A stretch of 64,000 nucleotides of DNA from Eledone cirrhosa. Lineage: Eukaryota. Positions 1 through 12,779 of this stretch are shown in pieces (positions within the stretch are counted from its first letter, which is position 1; the number at the start of each line of letters is the position of its first letter). The stretch spans positions 266,724,001-266,788,000 of the forward strand of contig OZ024743.1 of assembly GCA_964016885.1 (NCBI GenBank). The letters are read 5' to 3'. The position numbers were made by a program, and so were the translations under genes. The notes beneath the pieces were generated by a model, which saw only the letters and a list, made by a program, of their open reading frames with translations, made no database searches and had not been told where the DNA came from.

Positions 1-720
1 TGATGCCAAGATCAGTAAGTAAGAGTCTGGTGCTACCTTCGATCAGCACAGAGACGCACGAACCATCTGCTGAGAGGAACCAGCAAAGCTTGGCCTCCAA
101 GTGGGATGAGCAAAGTCAAAACTGATATATGTCGGTGATGGCCCGGTTCCTCATTCGGTGATGGCCCGGTGCCTCCGACATCGTGGAGTTTGTTAGTTCC
201 TTCATTTACATTGGCTCGACAGTCACCAACAATGGAGACCAAACCCGGGAGATCAACCACAGATGTTGTCTGGACGCCGGTTCATGCGCTCTCCAAGGAA
301 GCTCCTTTGGCTCCACTGCTCTGTCTCCCGGAAGAGGAATCTCCGTATTTATAAATCGCCATGCCTTTCCGTTCTTGTCTATGGAGTAGAAACGTGATCC
401 CTCACAAAGACCCAGGCACAAAAAGATCGACAGATTCGACAGCAAAGCTCTGAGGTATTTTGAGTATGTCAGAAAGGCCCACCACGTTTCCTGCAATGAT
501 TTGTGCGCCCGCATGCATAAGTCAACACCGTCCAGACTCATAGGCATCCGCCACATGCACTGGTATGAACATGTCCACTACCTTCCGCCAGATCATCCTA
601 CCAGGGCCTTATTCTCATTCGCCGCAGCAGCTACAAACTGGGAGAGATCACGCTGCAGGCCCCGCACGAAGCTGGAAGTCATCAAGTAGTTCTTCAGAAG
701 ATCAACGTCACCTTGTTAAA
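1..720 (+). mobile_element. Decayed non-LTR retrotransposon (RTE-like) RT C-terminal fragment
   Basis: ORF 183-389 reads EFVSSFIYIGSTVTNNGDQTREINHR, matching the 'F.YLGS...EI..R' motif after RT domain 7; downstream frameshifted LYGVET-like segment. Confidence 0.65.
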
Positions 721-1387
721 AGCAGAGGGGCTGGCACGGAACCACCCGTGATGAAGGGCACCGATCTACCTGGTCGGTCTTACGCATGATCATACCTCTG
801 GAGTCGGCTCTACGCACGATGATACCCTTGGGATCGCTTACCTAGTATGACCCCAGTCTTATCGAGCAAGAGCAAGGAAAAGAAAAAAATATATATATGA
901 ATTAGATGCCTATTCATAATTTAATCATTAAATGTTTCATCGTATCCTTGAGCAAGACATGGGTCGAGCTGTAAATATGGAAAACGACATTTGCTTATGT
1001 TCCTCGGAATCGAACACAGGTATTATTGATTGCGAAGCGATTTTCTTAACCACTAAACCACCCACGGTATCTTTTGTAAGTGCAAGCAATATCGTTTTAT
1101 TTGATATCATGCTAGATTTGCTACAAATAACTATTTTGCTTGCAGAATCATATATAGAAACGAAAATATTTTTCTGTGAGTTCAACCAACTTTTTCTAAG
1201 TTTTATATTCTTTGTAGAAGTTTGGGTTTTACAAATTAATATACATTTATATTACACAAATATACGCACACAAATGCACACACACGCATATACACGCATA
1301 TTTATATGCCTGTATTAATAAAATTATGTAAATTCATAAATGTATATATACATATGTATATGGATGCATATATATGAATGTGTATGT

Positions 1388-1452
<65 letters not shown>

Positions 1453-1477
1453 AACACACACACATTTATACATATAT

Positions 1478-1615
<138 letters not shown>

Positions 1616-2241
1616 GCATACAAACATATACTCTTTTATAATTATATACTTAATTTATGTGCCGATATGTACATACATATGAGATAGACAATCATACATA
1701 CGCAGTCACACACAGACAAATATAAATATATATATATATAGAGAGAGAGATAGATAGATATATAGATACATATATTAACAAGCGTATGAAAAGTATATTC
1801 ACAAATATTCTGCGTTTGTGCTTGCGTACGTGTTGCGTGCGTGTATTTGTGAGTGCGTGAGTGTGCTTGCGCGCTTACGTATGTGTGCGTATGTGTATTG
1901 ACAACCCAAAATGTCAACACAGCACAATAACTGGAAGTTGAAATAGATAAACATAGACAAACTATCTCGTGCATCGACTAATAATTTCAATATTGCCTAA
2001 ATATATATTAACATACCACTACTATTCCGGCAAAGCCATATACATATGTTAGCATGCAATGCTACTAAAAATACAAAACTATATAGGAAATTATACAAAA
2101 TACTGATCACGAAGAATTATAATTATAGGTAGATCATTCTGGGCTTATTTATTTTATATTGCGAAACGCGTAGTATTCACACACATGCATAGACAGCCAT
2201 AAACACACACACATATATATGTCTCTCTCTATATAGATATA

Positions 2242-2337
<96 letters not shown>

Positions 2338-2414
2338 AAATACAATATGTTGAAAAGGTGACACACTAGAAAGAGATAGATAGTGTGCCATCTATATATA
2401 TATTCAGAGATATA

Positions 2415-2456
<42 letters not shown>

Positions 2457-3029
2457 ACACACACACATATAAATATATATATATATATATATATCTGTGT
2501 GTGTGTGTGTTTGTGTGTGCGTGCGTGTATGTATGTTTGCGTGTGTACTCCTAAGCGTAGTTAAAATCTATGAAATCAAAAAACGTAACCGACTTCATCC
2601 TGGGGAATATGTTCCTATTATATGTTCCCGAATTTCACTTCAACGCGGGACCTATTTTCGAAATTTAAAATGTCTTCTCGTGTAACTCACATAATCTAAT
2701 ATATATTATAAAATATAAAGGACGACATGAAAACTACATTGTTCACAGTGGTTTGTCACTTCAACAAAGGAGGACAGTACACCGTAAACAAATTAGGGAA
2801 CCATACACCAGAAAGAATACAATTAGTTAATATAGAGCATTGTTTAAGACGAAGCTTGCTAAATTTCGATATTTCCCATTTCTATCAATGTAGCTATTCG
2901 ACATCAGAACAACAACTCGTCAGCAAGGAAATATATTTTATAACCAAATCTAAACCGTAATTCAACACTCTATACATCTAATTCATAGTCAAACTATTAG
3001 GTATGACTCTTTTTTTCTTTGTGCTGTTT

Positions 3030-5110
3030 TGAGTGGTACTCGTAACAGGTAACCCAGTACAACATATCACATGGTCGGGTCATCAACAACTAAACACTAA
3101 ACAGGTAACCCCACCAACCTTGCTTGGTGAGGAAGGTTATTTTGGACACCCTGCGGGACAAAAAACAAAAGGCAAAATAACTCATAAGAGCCAAGCGCTA
3201 GCCAGTAGTGTGTAAATGTGTATATTCTGTGTAGGTGTGGGTGTTTATGGGACTTATTGCACACGTGTCTGTGTGTGGATAATTGTGAAGAATCAAATAC
3301 CATTTAGAGCCTGAGCAAAGTTAGCTCATGCAGGCACATCCAAGCCACCAGCCTGGAGACGGAGTCTTAATGAAAAATACCAGAAAGGGAAACCTCCCAG
3401 AAACATGGAAAATCCAACTAGAGGGTGTTTGGATGTTCTATCAACAATACATCCACCTGTGGGATAAATAGGAGCTGTCATTCGTTTAAAAATTGGCTGT
3501 GCAATCCTGGATACGCGCTCTTGTATCCAGCTATCGAAAGAATGGACTATTCATTGATTTACACCAGAGTTCAAACAGCTGCCTTAGCTAATTTTCCTGA
3601 AACTCACACCTCATCTTCTGAGACTAATGACAGATCAGTCTTCAACCTGGACTCATCTAGACAGACTGTTCGAGATAGAGCAGAAGGCAAATTAAAGTGT
3701 TAACATTCCGCTCGCTTTAGCACATTCAAAGTCAATAACCTTGGTCCACTTGGCAGACTTGAAGTGTTAGTGACGAGGGCTAAATTCAACGCTATTGCCA
3801 TCATCAGTCTTCAAAAGCATAGACATTTCCAACCAGATCTAGACCTAATGTTTACAAAATCTGACATTTTCCAGCGTGTCACTGCCTCTGCATACAAAAA
3901 CACCAATAACGCCACCATTGGTGGAGTCGGTCTGCTTCTCTCATCAAAGGCACGCGGGAACCTCATCAACATCGAAAAGATAGACGATAGAATAATGGTT
4001 GCCGAGTTCAATACATATCCCAAACTCACATTTATATATTACTATAGCTCAACAAATAGCAGTGATGAAGAAACTGCCGCCAGTTTCTATCAGTCTCTAA
4101 GATCGGTCATTGAAGACGTCCATGCCCATAATTTCCTTACTATTGCAGGCGACTTCAATTCCAAACTAGGCCCTGACGATGTTCACCGAAACAAACCGGA
4201 ATGGTGAAATGCTTCTCCAACTCCTTGACGAATTTGAACTCTTCTCGTCTACAAATAGCTTCATGAAAAAACAATCCAAGCTCAGGTCATTCACCTATTC
4301 TAACGGTAGTAGGGCTCAATTGGATTATATCCTATTTCAGAAAAAATGGCGAAACAGTGTACGCGACTCTGAAACCTATGCCTCTTTCTCCAACGTGAGA
4401 TATTATCACAGGATTGTCTCTTCCAAAGTTACTCCTTGCCTTCACACTACAAAGAAAGTCCCCGCTGAGCATTTGAAACAAATTAATTGGAGGTAAGTGT
4501 CATCAAATTACGAGCTCTCCAGCCGGTATGCAATTAGTGTCTACAATATGTACTCAGGCAACAACATCAAAGCAATCGAGGGCAGTGATATCAAGCAAGT
4601 CGAGGATTTTAAGCATCTTCGGTATTGGATTATGGCCTCTGGGAAGGAGTTTGCCTCCAGAAATGCCCAAGCATGGTCAGCTTGCCACATATGGATCGAG
4701 TTTGGCACTCAAATCTTTCCAACCACACCAAGAAACAGACTCTTCCAAGTAACATTTCAACCAATTTTACTATATGGAAGTGAAACATGGACGCTTTCCT
4801 CCAAACAACAAAAGCACTTTGATGGCACTTACACTCGTCTACTTCGACGTGGTGACATCTGACTATGAAAGAAATATATGCCGGCCCCCACGCACATCTG
4901 TCGTTGTAATAAAAGGAGAGTAGGATTTGCTTGCCACTGCCATCGTGCCACCTCTGAGGTTGTGTCAGCACTAGTGCTCTGGAAACCACAACAGTCATTA
5001 ATAACTCTCCTATCCAGAGATTCTAGTATTGAAATCCAGGACATGGCAACGGCAATGAACGACATACCCACTTAGGGATCAAATTTTGAGTTGAGGCCGC
5101 CGGATGATGA
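3030..5110 (+). mobile_element. Internally deleted RTE-type LINE (APE endonuclease plus RT C-terminus)
   Basis: APE motifs IGGVGLLLS, AGDFNSKLG, NRNGEML, QLDYIL (3764-4496), then directly IKQVEDFKHL...ILLYGSETWTL (4560-4860); ends at GATGATGAT near 5110. Boundaries approximate. Confidence 0.8.
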
Positions 5111-5483
5111 TATCCATGTCAACGAAGATATAAGCAGTTTTCGCCTTTGTTAGATAAAATAACACCCACGACAATCAACAGCACATGTTGTATAGAACAC
5201 CAAACGGCATATAACAACTCACAAAAAATAGATACAACAACACAACATAAAATGAATCTTTGATAAGCGAAACTGGTTTGTGTAAAAACAACATTGAAAA
5301 CGAATAGTTTTGAAAACCTTCCTATTTTATGAAACCAAACACATAAAGAAAACTATAATTTATTTTGTATGATCTATTTTATGTTATTTATTATATACGT
5401 GAATATATATATATAAAGAAAGCTAGGTACTTCTCCAATTCTTTATTAATATTTTTTTCTCTCTCTCTCTCTCGCTCTCTCTT

Positions 5484-5593
<110 letters not shown>

Positions 5594-6173
5594 AGAGTAT
5601 TGAAGTTTGCTTGAAGCATTGTGGAATAATAAGGTAAATTTCTTTAAGTCGTTTCGAAGCCTCGACAAGGCAGATGGGTAAATCTCCGGGTAACAGGATC
5701 TGGTGGTGGAGAGAGAGATGTAAGTAGGTGTACGTTGAGATGCGTGGCGTGTATAAGACTGTAATGTGTAGAGGAATGAAGGAAAGTGCGTGAAGGATAA
5801 AAATAAAAATAACAACACGAGAAAGAGTTACCTTGGGAGAGATTTAATAGTCCCTATATATTTCGGATTCAAATCCATCAACTGGGTTTTTTTTCGGGGG
5901 GGGGGGGTCTGTCGGAAAGATGCGAAACGTGTCCTCCGGTGTCTCAAAATTATTTTTGAAAAGCATAAGAAATGCGCAACCGGTAGAAACTTAAAACTAA
6001 AACTGCATACTAACTAATATTTATAACTAATACTTATAACTAATTTATACTTATTCCTAATTAAACTATTTTTCACTGGGAAAAATTTGTCAGCGTTTCC
6101 TTTCCTTTTTACTAATATAAATATATATATATAAAACGAAAAATCGGTGTTGCATCTAGACTCAGTTTATTAC

Positions 6174-6261
6174 GTGTTACAAATGTTTCGCCGGCAGATA
6201 GCTCGAGACTTGATCATTGTATGGATCTGCCTGATTCTATAACTGCGGGTTCTTCGAACAC
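6174..6261 (-). ncRNA. Type I hammerhead ribozyme motif, degenerate core (same family as 60419-60507)
   Basis: Minus strand: GTGT TCGAAGA [long stem II] GAAAC ATTTG TA ACAC. Core positions 3-4 mutated. Confidence 0.45.
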
Positions 6262-7157
6262 ATGTAATGCTTTCGGAGCAAATTTTCTCACTGGGGTGTT
6301 AGCTTCAAAAAAACACATTCAAAAAACATCTTCCACAATTGTCTTGCCATTGGCTGTTGTTTTTCTACGCCGTCATAAATTCTGGTCAATATTTGCTGCC
6401 ACACTGGTCATCAGCTACTCTCCGTCCGACACACTTCAATGGGTTTGGTATCTCACAAGTCCGCTCACACTCACAAATATATACACACACACACATAAAT
6501 ACACATACACATACACACTGACACATACATATATATGCATACACATATGCACGCACACATATGTAGATATACACACCCATATACATATACACACACACAC
6601 TCCCTAGCTTACACACACCCTCATCCACACACATCCGCATACACACCAACACACATGTCCACTGGCGCCTGCCTATATACCCTATACATCTGGTCTCACA
6701 CGTACGCACACGCACACACACGCACACACACACGTACACGCAATAAGGACACATATCATCGGTCGCGTACATCTGCACATATACACAAACACGCACAGAC
6801 ATATACATAGACACACACACGCCTGTCCTTATTGATAGGCAGAAGGATCGATACGCTTCCAAAGACACAAAGACACATACACACATACATACACCCATGT
6901 GTATATACTCACAATCATATAAATCTGCACAAAAGTTCATACAGGGTCATCCATGGAAGGATGCATCCTCTTATACAAGCACAAATATAGACCATGTAAC
7001 CATACACATATGTCCATACATATACATGCAAGCATACATACACACATATAAATAAATAAATAAATAAGTAAGCAGATAGAAAAATAGAAAAATAAAAAAA
7101 TAAGAACATAGTGTGCTCAACTACCATACCGCCTATGGAAGCACCATAGCTACCATT

Positions 7158-7238
<81 letters not shown>

Positions 7239-7287
7239 ATAAAATAACAGGAGGCTGGACTGGTGTAAATCCTTGAAATGTTTATTT

Positions 7288-7343
7288 TACTATGATCATT
7301 TCAATGACCGGGTTCCATATGAATCCGGTGATATCATCAGGTA
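7288..7343 (-). ncRNA. Type I hammerhead ribozyme
   Basis: Minus: TAC CTGATGA tatcACCGGattcatatggaacCCGGTcatt GAAA TGATCA TA GTA; palindromic stem III ATGATCAT. Confidence 0.7.
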
Positions 7344-8416
7344 TTGGACAAAGGAATATGTAAAAAACATGGGTCCGAAAAATCAGAGAGAGAGACAAAG
7401 AGGACGACTGACCAACTAGCTGCTCGGCCAGTCGCCCTCAAAGTGATGGCAACTGAATCTACTAATGAACATCTGGTGAGGGGGCGAAGGCTTATAATGT
7501 ACTACCACCTCTCCGTCAAAGAAAAAAGGGAAGAAAGAAAGGGAGAAAGAAGTCAGTGTAAGGGTCACACTACATTCATGCGAGAACATGCTGCGAAAAA
7601 ATGCTACTCCAAAGAATCTATAATGAGTGTGTGTATGGTCTAACATATGGGTGTCTGTATGGTCTAATGCAAAATGATAAATTGAAAAATAAGTTATTAG
7701 AGAATTAAAGTAGCGAGATTTATTTATTTAATGAACTTAATAAATAATAAAAAATAATAAAATAACAAAATAATAAAATAATAAAAAATATACATTAATG
7801 AAATAATAAAAAAAATAATAAAGGTAAATAAGAATCAATATAGATCAAGTTGTAGTAAGATAATACAGGTTGTACATATAGATATTGAGGATGGAGGAGA
7901 TGGAATGGTAACAGGTTGTACTTAGTGTAAATTTCGGGTCTCCGAATTCAATGTGAGTCACAAACAGTCCTGAGGTATAGAGTAGAGAATTCAGTCAATA
8001 CAATACATGTTTTAGTATAATACGTATAGTTTTGTCGAAATCGGAATCATCCCGACAAGGAAGTAGTATTAGGTGGCGGTAGATATAGCACAGAGCAGCC
8101 AAAATCCGAATTGTAAGTAGATCAGTTAATCCCATGCTGGTAATAGTTGTACACTGAAATCAGTGCCGCTGTTCAATATTACATTTTGAAGTGCTCAACA
8201 TTATTGGAGCATTATTTCTTTAGGTTTGTTGGTTCACCACTGGATAGAACTGGTCATTCCGTATGGTCAATCCTGGTGTAATATTGTGAAGAGTACTCAA
8301 CGCAGTGCAGTTCACCCATCTTCGTTTGTGTAGTTGGTGGTGCGAATACGGAGTTAATTATAAATAAAATAAAATAACAGGAGGCTGGACTGGTGTAAAT
8401 CCTTGAAATGTTTATT

Positions 8417-8474
8417 ATACTATGATCATTTCAATGACCGGGTTCCATATGAATCCGGTGATATCATCAGGCAT
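8417..8474 (-). ncRNA. Type I hammerhead ribozyme
   Basis: Minus: ATGC CTGATGA ...ACCGG/CCGGT... GAAA TGATCA TA GTAT; stem I closes with a G-U pair. Confidence 0.7.
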
Positions 8475-8723
8475 TGGAATATAACAAAGGAATATGTAAA
8501 AAACCATGGGTCCGAAAAATCAGAGACAGAGACAAAGTGGACGACTGACCAACTAGCTGCTCGGCCAGTCGCCCTCAAAGTGGTGGCAACTGAATCTACT
8601 AATGAACATCTGGTGAGGGGCGAAGGCTTATAATGCACTACCACCTCTCCGTCAAAGAAAAAGGGGAAGAAAGAAAGGGAGAAAGAAGTCAATGTAAGGG
8701 TCACACTACATTCAAACCTAAAG

Positions 8724-8780
<57 letters not shown>

Positions 8781-9693
8781 GATTAAGTGTAATTGTGGGA
8801 CAGCCCGGCCCATTGAATATCACATAAATTCGCCGCACCGTTTGAACAATTTCACTCACAAAGCATCGGTAGATTCAATGAAATTGTAAATGACTCATGC
8901 GCTACAGGACATAATGAACGCGAAGCGAACTGTTAAAGTATTCGGTTATACTACGTTCTCATGACACATTAGATCATTTTAATAACAAGTTTGATTTGAA
9001 GATGACGGCAATTATGTTTTTATATGTTTAATTAGATATCATGTAAAAAAAAAACAAAAACTTCAACGGGAAGGACCAAATGAATTATGTTTGCATTGGT
9101 CTTTCCATTGCTGATACTATCTCATGCTTGCAGATTCAGGCATTAGGAGACGAAATTGGAACTCAAAAACCCACATCAAATATTGTACATTATAGTCTCC
9201 AGCAGATTATAAATACTGGCAATACTACTCTTAGATAATTTAAATATCGAACTCCAAAGCTGGAAAGCTAAGTTGATCTCGAAGGACTTTGAAGGAGAGA
9301 TGATAGAGTTTAAAAACGTTACATCACTTTTAATTAGATGCTCTAATGGGTCTGACAATTTTGCAGCATTACACGAGTAAAATCAATGGTGTTTAAAAAT
9401 GCAAAAGATCGGCTACAAACACGTTAAACAAGATCGTATATTATATCATTGTACTCATCCATCAATGGGACGATAGAAAAGGAAAATCTGTAGTTTTTTC
9501 AATATTACGTAATACATTTATCGTCTGCATGTCCGGTTTTATTTCAGAAAAATTGTTGGCGAATGATAGCTGAGGCCGAAACTTGACAGTCAATGACAAC
9601 TATTTTCTCAGAATATATATATATACATATGTCCCAAGTCTCTGAAACCATCAACACCAAAAACACAGAGCTGGAATATCTAAGAACTGACTA

Positions 9694-9749
9694 ACTCACT
9701 GATGAGGTCATAGCCATGCAATGGCTATCATCGAAATATATATAGCAGT
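9694..9749 (+). ncRNA. Hammerhead motif with degenerate stem I
   Basis: CTGATGA ggtcATAGCCATgcaATGGCTATcatc GAAA TATATA TA gcagt; core and stem II intact, stem I only partly paired. Confidence 0.5.
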
Positions 9750-9790
9750 AAATAAATGATTATGAGTTCATGCAATTGACTTATGTTTCG

Positions 9791-9855
<65 letters not shown>

Positions 9856-9983
9856 TATATATAATAATATATTATATATAATAATATATTATTATATAAT
9901 GCTCAGTATTTATACTTTGAGCCAGTTAATTACAGTGTTTCAATATGAGGTATCAACTATGCCATTTATTTGTATATAAATAA

Positions 9984-10018
<35 letters not shown>

Positions 10019-10026
10019 CATATATA

Positions 10027-10105
<79 letters not shown>

Positions 10106-10351
10106 AATATGTATATATATATATATATATACATATATATACACATGCCGTATTGCCTGAGGAAAGCTCCGTCTCACATGTGCAGGGAAGGCAGCAAAGG
10201 ATTTAGCTATTCTATTAGCTGGTTGCAGTCCTAATCAGAATATCTCAAGAGGTTCTCTTAGACAGGTGGACCAGCGCCATCTGGGGAACCACATATAACT
10301 TACACCATTATAAAGAATATATTGCCTTTGCTAGCTCAAGCTTCCATATGA

Positions 10352-10391
<40 letters not shown>

Positions 10392-10453
10392 GTGTGTGTG
10401 TGTGTGTGTGTGCGTATTCAGGTATATATACTATATATATCTGTATATATATA

Positions 10454-10559
<106 letters not shown>

Positions 10560-10844
10560 TGCTGAGATATCAATATTTGATTTGAAACATAGAAATTACT
10601 AATATTAGGCAATTATATCTTTTATGGTTTCTAAACAGTTGTAAGATGCCATATCATTCAGCTGTTGATGAGGTTTTTCATCCTGAGGGCAGTGTGGATA
10701 TAATCATTTCTATTTACCGGGGTTTTGTTTTGCGTTATTTGCATCATCTTTAGTACCACAAAGTCAAAATTGAATGCAGGAGTAATTGTTGACATGTATA
10801 TATACATGTATGTGTGTATAAACAGGCTGCGATACATACATACA

Positions 10845-10942
<98 letters not shown>

Positions 10943-11004
10943 TGTGTGTGTATGTGTGTGTGTATATATATATACATAGATACATACATGCACACACTCA
11001 CACA

Positions 11005-11042
<38 letters not shown>

Positions 11043-11047
<5 letters not shown>

Positions 11048-11160
11048 TAAAATAACAGATTAAAGTTTAAGCAAAGAATCGCTGCTTTCACCCTTAAGAT
11101 GCCGCTAAGGGTGAAAGCAGCGATTCTTTGCTTAAACTTTAATCTGCTATTTTAATAAAT
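11043..11160. repeat. Near-perfect fold-back palindrome (~55 bp arms)
   Basis: TTTATTAAAATAACAGATTAAAG...CACCCTTA / TAAGGGTG...CTTTAATCTGCTATTTTAATAAA; a single arm recurs at ~59718-59768. Confidence 0.85.
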
Positions 11161-11303
11161 ATTTGCTCTACGGTTCTTATATATTTGATATATATTTATC
11201 CTTATCGAGCCCTCTTTGGATTTTAGTCTTCAAATTTATTATTATTACTATATATATATATATATAGATTACAGTAATCAAAGTTCAGTTTAAGTCATTT
11301 ATT

Positions 11304-11350
11304 TGCTTACAATTGTTTCCTCCAAACCGAGGTTTGGATTCTTCGGAGCA
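11304..11350 (-). ncRNA. Type I hammerhead motif (CCGAAGA core variant)
   Basis: Minus: TGCT CCGAAGA a TCCAAACC tc GGTTTGGA g GAAAC AATTG TA AGCA; perfect stems I and II, palindromic ACAATTGT. Confidence 0.6.
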
Positions 11351-11574
11351 GCTATTTATAACATACTTGACCTCCTTTTCAACCCAAGAGACACATAAAA
11401 CATATGCGCATATTGATCAACAGTGGGGTGACATTCATCAAATGAAATAGCATTTAACTTACTGGTAATAGGATAGTAATTAATGACTATCTCTCACTAT
11501 TTAGGGTTTGTGTATATATAATATATTACCATCAAAGGTTTTATTGCATACATAACCATAAATAGTACCCTTAA

Positions 11575-11636
<62 letters not shown>

Positions 11637-11734
11637 ATGTGTGTAGATAGATAGATAGAGGTTTTTATGTAGATATAGCTATATATATATCTATATGTGT
11701 ATATACAAATTTATATGCATATATTTATTGAAAT

Positions 11735-12480
11735 TATTATCTGACAATTACATAAAAAAACTTTCGTTTTCTGTGAAGCGATTCGAGAAGAGCTCAATAT
11801 AATTGAATCCAATTAGTTTATGCTCATTAAGGCATTTCGAATTCAACTGGTTCTCGTCAGCACGATCTCTGCCCGACTTTGAAAATAGGCGAAAATATAT
11901 AGTGTTTTCGTCTGTGTAAATGAGGTGATTAATCTGATTTACATATGAAGCTATATACTTGGTTCAACTCATAATAGAATAGAATTAGAATTTAGCTTCA
12001 ACCATATATGTACAAAAATATGTGCCGGGCACCACCTGGTGGCATTAGCTGCCAGTGTGTTATTCATACGTATGGTTTTCTAAATGTTTATTTATAAACA
12101 TACCATATTTCTTTTAGAAATACGGCATTTAAATACATATTTGTATACAACTATGTTCGAAGCTAAATTAGAATTCTATTCTATTATAAGTTGAGCCAAC
12201 GTATACAGCTTCGTATGCAAATAAAATTAATCACCTTATTTACACAGACGAAAAAACTATATGTTTTCGCATGTTTTCAAAGTCCGGCAGATGCAAGTGC
12301 AGGAGAGATCGTCTTGACGAGAACCAATTGAGTTTGCTATGCATCAACGATTGTCCACCTTGCTCCTGCCGGGCGCCGCCTGTTGGCGTTAGCTGCCAGT
12401 GTGTTATTCATAGCTATGGCTTTCTAAATGTTTATTTATAAACATACCTTGTTTCATTTAGAAATACGAAATTCAAATAC
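11735..12480. mobile_element. Non-coding element with Penelope-like inverted plus direct repeat architecture
   Basis: Inverted pair ~11835-12000 / ~12158-12335; direct pair ~12023-12140 / ~12368-12480; possible minus-strand hammerhead at 11816-11863 (CTGACGA GAA..TTC GAAA TGC..GCA TA). Confidence 0.55.
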
Positions 12481-12779
12481 ATATATATATAGAGACCTTA
12501 TATACCATATTCTCACATGTATCGTCATTATAGATGTACATGTAAATATGAACACACTCATACACACACATACACATACATACAAATACACACTCTCACA
12601 CACACCTTCATACATACACATACATACACTTACATCAACAACCTGATGGAGAACGGAACGCACGTGGTTAGTAGTGATACGGCCACTGGATATGCAGCTT
12701 AGTTGCGATATTAGCGGTTTCCTTTCGAAAAAATAAACCACCTCGGAACAACACCAATAAACTATTAAGAATTATGGAG

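Larger units (their letters stand above)
7231..8714 (-). mobile_element. Non-coding element with ~350 bp direct terminal repeats, each holding a hammerhead (retrozyme-like / non-autonomous PLE)
   Basis: Direct repeats 7231-7578 and 8361-8714 (period 1130 bp), flanked by (TA)n; no long ORF between them. Confidence 0.75.

Noticed and set aside
9180-9340. hAT transposase-like remnant (LDNLNIELQSWKAKLIS)
   Set aside because: Only one short motif resemblance; no TIRs or TSD found.
9550-9600. Hammerhead-like 3' half GCCGAAACTTGACAGTCAATGACAA
   Set aside because: The CUGAnGA box is missing.
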